Source: an uncultured Gemmatimonadales bacterium
Lineage (GTDB): Bacteria > Gemmatimonadota > Gemmatimonadetes > Gemmatimonadales > GWC2-71-9
Reading direction: 5' to 3'
Assembly: GCA_963739455.1 (NCBI GenBank)
Contig: CAVUAK010000002.1
Span: forward strand, 288,001 to 352,000
DNA: 64,000 nucleotides
The translations under genes and the position numbers were made by a program. The notes beneath the pieces were generated by a model that worked only from the letters and a program-made list of their open reading frames with translations, was not told the origin of the DNA and ran no database searches. Every line of letters begins with the position of its first letter. Position 1 is the first letter of the stretch. Below, piece after piece: positions 62,318-64,000 of the stretch.

Positions 62318-63145
62318 TCAGCGACGGGCGGCGACCGCCCACCAGCCGGCGTCGCGCGCTTCGTCAACGACGCTGAATCCGGCGGCGGAGAGTTCGGGGA
62401 GAAACAATGGCTCCTCAGGCTCTTCCATGCCGGAGAAGATCGCAATGCCGCCGGGGCGGAGCGACGCGAGGATCTCGGGAAGGAGCGCCACATTGACGAC
62501 GCGCAGGATGTTGGAGAGGACGAGATCCACCGGCGCAAAGAGCGGTGCGACATCGGCGGCATCGCCGTGAATGAACTGCACCTGGTCGGTGACACCGTTG
62601 TGCTCGGCGTTCCGCTCCGCCACGGGGACCGACTCCTCATCCACTTCCACCCCGACGGCCCATGCCGCGCCCAGCTTCACCGCCCCGATGCTGAGGATCC
62701 CGCTCCCGCTGCCAAGATCGAGCACGCGATCCTTGAGCTTCACGTGGCGATCGAGCAGCGTGAGCGCCGCTCTTGTCGAGCCGTGCTCCCCGCTGCCAAA
62801 AGCCGTCTCGGGGTCGAGGATGACGCGGGGCCCGCTGCCGGCCGACTCGGCGAGCCAGGTGGGTGATAGCGTGAGCCGGCCGAATTGCCGCACGATGATG
62901 CCGTCGCGCCACGACGTGCTCCAGTCCACCTCGGGCACGACACGATGGACCACCGTCAACGGTGACTCGGCAAAGCCGCGCAGCGCACGATCGAGCATGC
63001 CGGCCGCTTCGGTGGTACCCGCGTAAGCCACGAGGGTGCCATCGTCACGCTCCTCGATGGCGTGACCAGTCTGCTCGACCAGCCATGCGCCGAGCCGAAC
63101 GCGCGACTCCGGTGCGGTATTCACCTCGATGGCAACCCAGCTCAT
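62318..63145 (-). CDS. prmA: Ribosomal protein L11 methyltransferase
   Basis: AFGSGEHGSTR, VLDLGSGSGIL, NIL, FSG; dnaJ-prmA-rsmE synteny. Confidence 0.9.
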   Translation of the reverse strand: MSWVAIEVNTAPESRVRLGAWLVEQTGHAIEERDDGTLVAYAGTTEAAGMLDRALRGFAESPLTVVHRVVPEVDWSTSWRDGIIVRQFGRLTLSPTWLAESAGSGPRVILDPETAFGSGEHGSTRAALTLLDRHVKLKDRVLDLGSGSGILSIGAVKLGAAWAVGVEVDEESVPVAERNAEHNGVTDQVQFIHGDAADVAPLFAPVDLVLSNILRVVNVALLPEILASLRPGGIAIFSGMEEPEEPLFLPELSAAGFSVVDEARDAGWWAVAARR

Positions 63146-64000
63146 GCCCCCAGTACCTCCTTGATCTTCGACCAGAGCCCGCTCGAACGGCTCGGCGGCT
63201 CCCCTTCATGCGCTGCCAGCTCACGGAACAGGCGGCCCTGCTCATCGGTCAGGCTGTCGGGCGTCCACACATGCACACGCACATGAAGGTCGCCGCTGCC
63301 GCTCTGCCCAAGCCGCGGTAGTCCCTTGCCCTTGAGGCGCACGACGGTGCCCGACTGGGTCCCCGCCGGCACCGCAACGACAGCCTCGTCGGTTGCTGTC
63401 GGCACCCTGAACTCCGCCCCCAGTGCCGCCTGCGAGAACGAAACGGGCAACTCGACCAGCAGGTCGTCGCCCTGTCGCTCGAACCGCTCGTCGTCCTTCA
63501 CCTCGAGCATGACGATGAGGTCGCCGGCCGGACCACCACGCACGCCTGCCGGCCCCTGGCCACGGAGCGTGATGTAGTTGTTTGACGACACGCCGGGCGG
63601 AATTTCGACCGTGACCGATCGATCAGCCCGCACACGACCGTCGCCCCGACACACCTCGCACCCTTCCTTGATGATCTCGCCCTCACCACCGCACGTGGGA
63701 CAGGGGCTCACCGACACGAACTGGCCAAACACACTGCGCGCCTCGCGGCGGACCTCGCCTGCGCCGGAACAGGTGGGGCACCGCTGCGGCTTGCTTCCCT
63801 TCCGCGCGCCCGTGCCGTTGCAGTTACTACACCGATCGAGCGTCTTGAGCTTCACCGCTCGCTTGGCGCCCCGGGCCACTTCCTCGAGCGTGAGCCGCAC
63901 CGTCACGCGCATGTCCTGGCCGCGCCGACCATCGCCGGGTGCGCGACGCTCTCCCCCACCGAACATCGACTCGAAGCCGCCCATGCCCCCGAAGTCGCGC
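63142..64000 (-). CDS. dnaJ: Chaperone DnaJ, C-terminal part (N-terminus outside window)
   Basis: Four CxxCxGxG repeats, GPAGDL, QAALG, GTQSG, GDLHV. Confidence 0.96.
   Translation of the reverse strand, partial: RDFGGMGGFESMFGGGERRAPGDGRRGQDMRVTVRLTLEEVARGAKRAVKLKTLDRCSNCNGTGARKGSKPQRCPTCSGAGEVRREARSVFGQFVSVSPCPTCGGEGEIIKEGCEVCRGDGRVRADRSVTVEIPPGVSSNNYITLRGQGPAGVRGGPAGDLIVMLEVKDDERFERQGDDLLVELPVSFSQAALGAEFRVPTATDEAVVAVPAGTQSGTVVRLKGKGLPRLGQSGSGDLHVRVHVWTPDSLTDEQGRLFRELAAHEGEPPSRSSGLWSKIKEVLGA

Noticed and set aside
1082..62866. Long antisense ORFs such as 1082..2368, 21116..22645, 40954..42645 and 61622..62866
   Set aside because: Shadow ORFs of high-GC coding strands with no recognisable motifs

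Overview
A high-GC bacterial chromosome segment; gene content and order suggest Gemmatimonadota (inference). Most of it is minus-strand housekeeping operons: rplM-rpsI-rpsB-tsf-pyrH-frr-uppS-cdsA-dxr, an acyl-CoA carboxylase cluster, tyrA-aroA-cmk-rpsA, infC-rpmI-rplT-pheST-zapA-rny-folD-xseAB-ispA-dxs-nadK-recN-hslR, and dnaJ-prmA-rsmE-HIT-yqeY-mutS2-dnaG-recJ-rsmD-coaD followed by a STAS/RsbW/PP2C module, rsmA, rex and arcA. Many essential genes carry indels, so frameshifts are read as uncorrected long-read errors, not pseudogenes. There are two accessory patches. (i) 11.8-16.9 kb: remnants of a sulfatase cassette around rpsA (an arylsulfatase C-terminal fragment missing from the ORF track, an intact formylglycine-generating enzyme, a beta-barrel and a membrane protein). 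(ii) 20-28 kb, downstream of tRNA-Leu(TAA): a pilin pair, glgX, an ars operon with an aquaporin (arsR-arsM-arsN2-aqp-arsC) and TMEM175. The best candidate for a novel system is also here: a two-gene unit of an unknown 80-aa CxCGxxH protein coupled to a stand-alone, zinc-ligand-free ribosomal protein S4, behind a Fur/Zur-type box. Regulatory signals read directly from the sequence include a Rex operator, two ArsR operators, rpsB and infC leaders, a CTG start for infC, and short heptamer/octamer tandem repeats at gene junctions. No CRISPR array, integrase, transposase or rRNA was seen.
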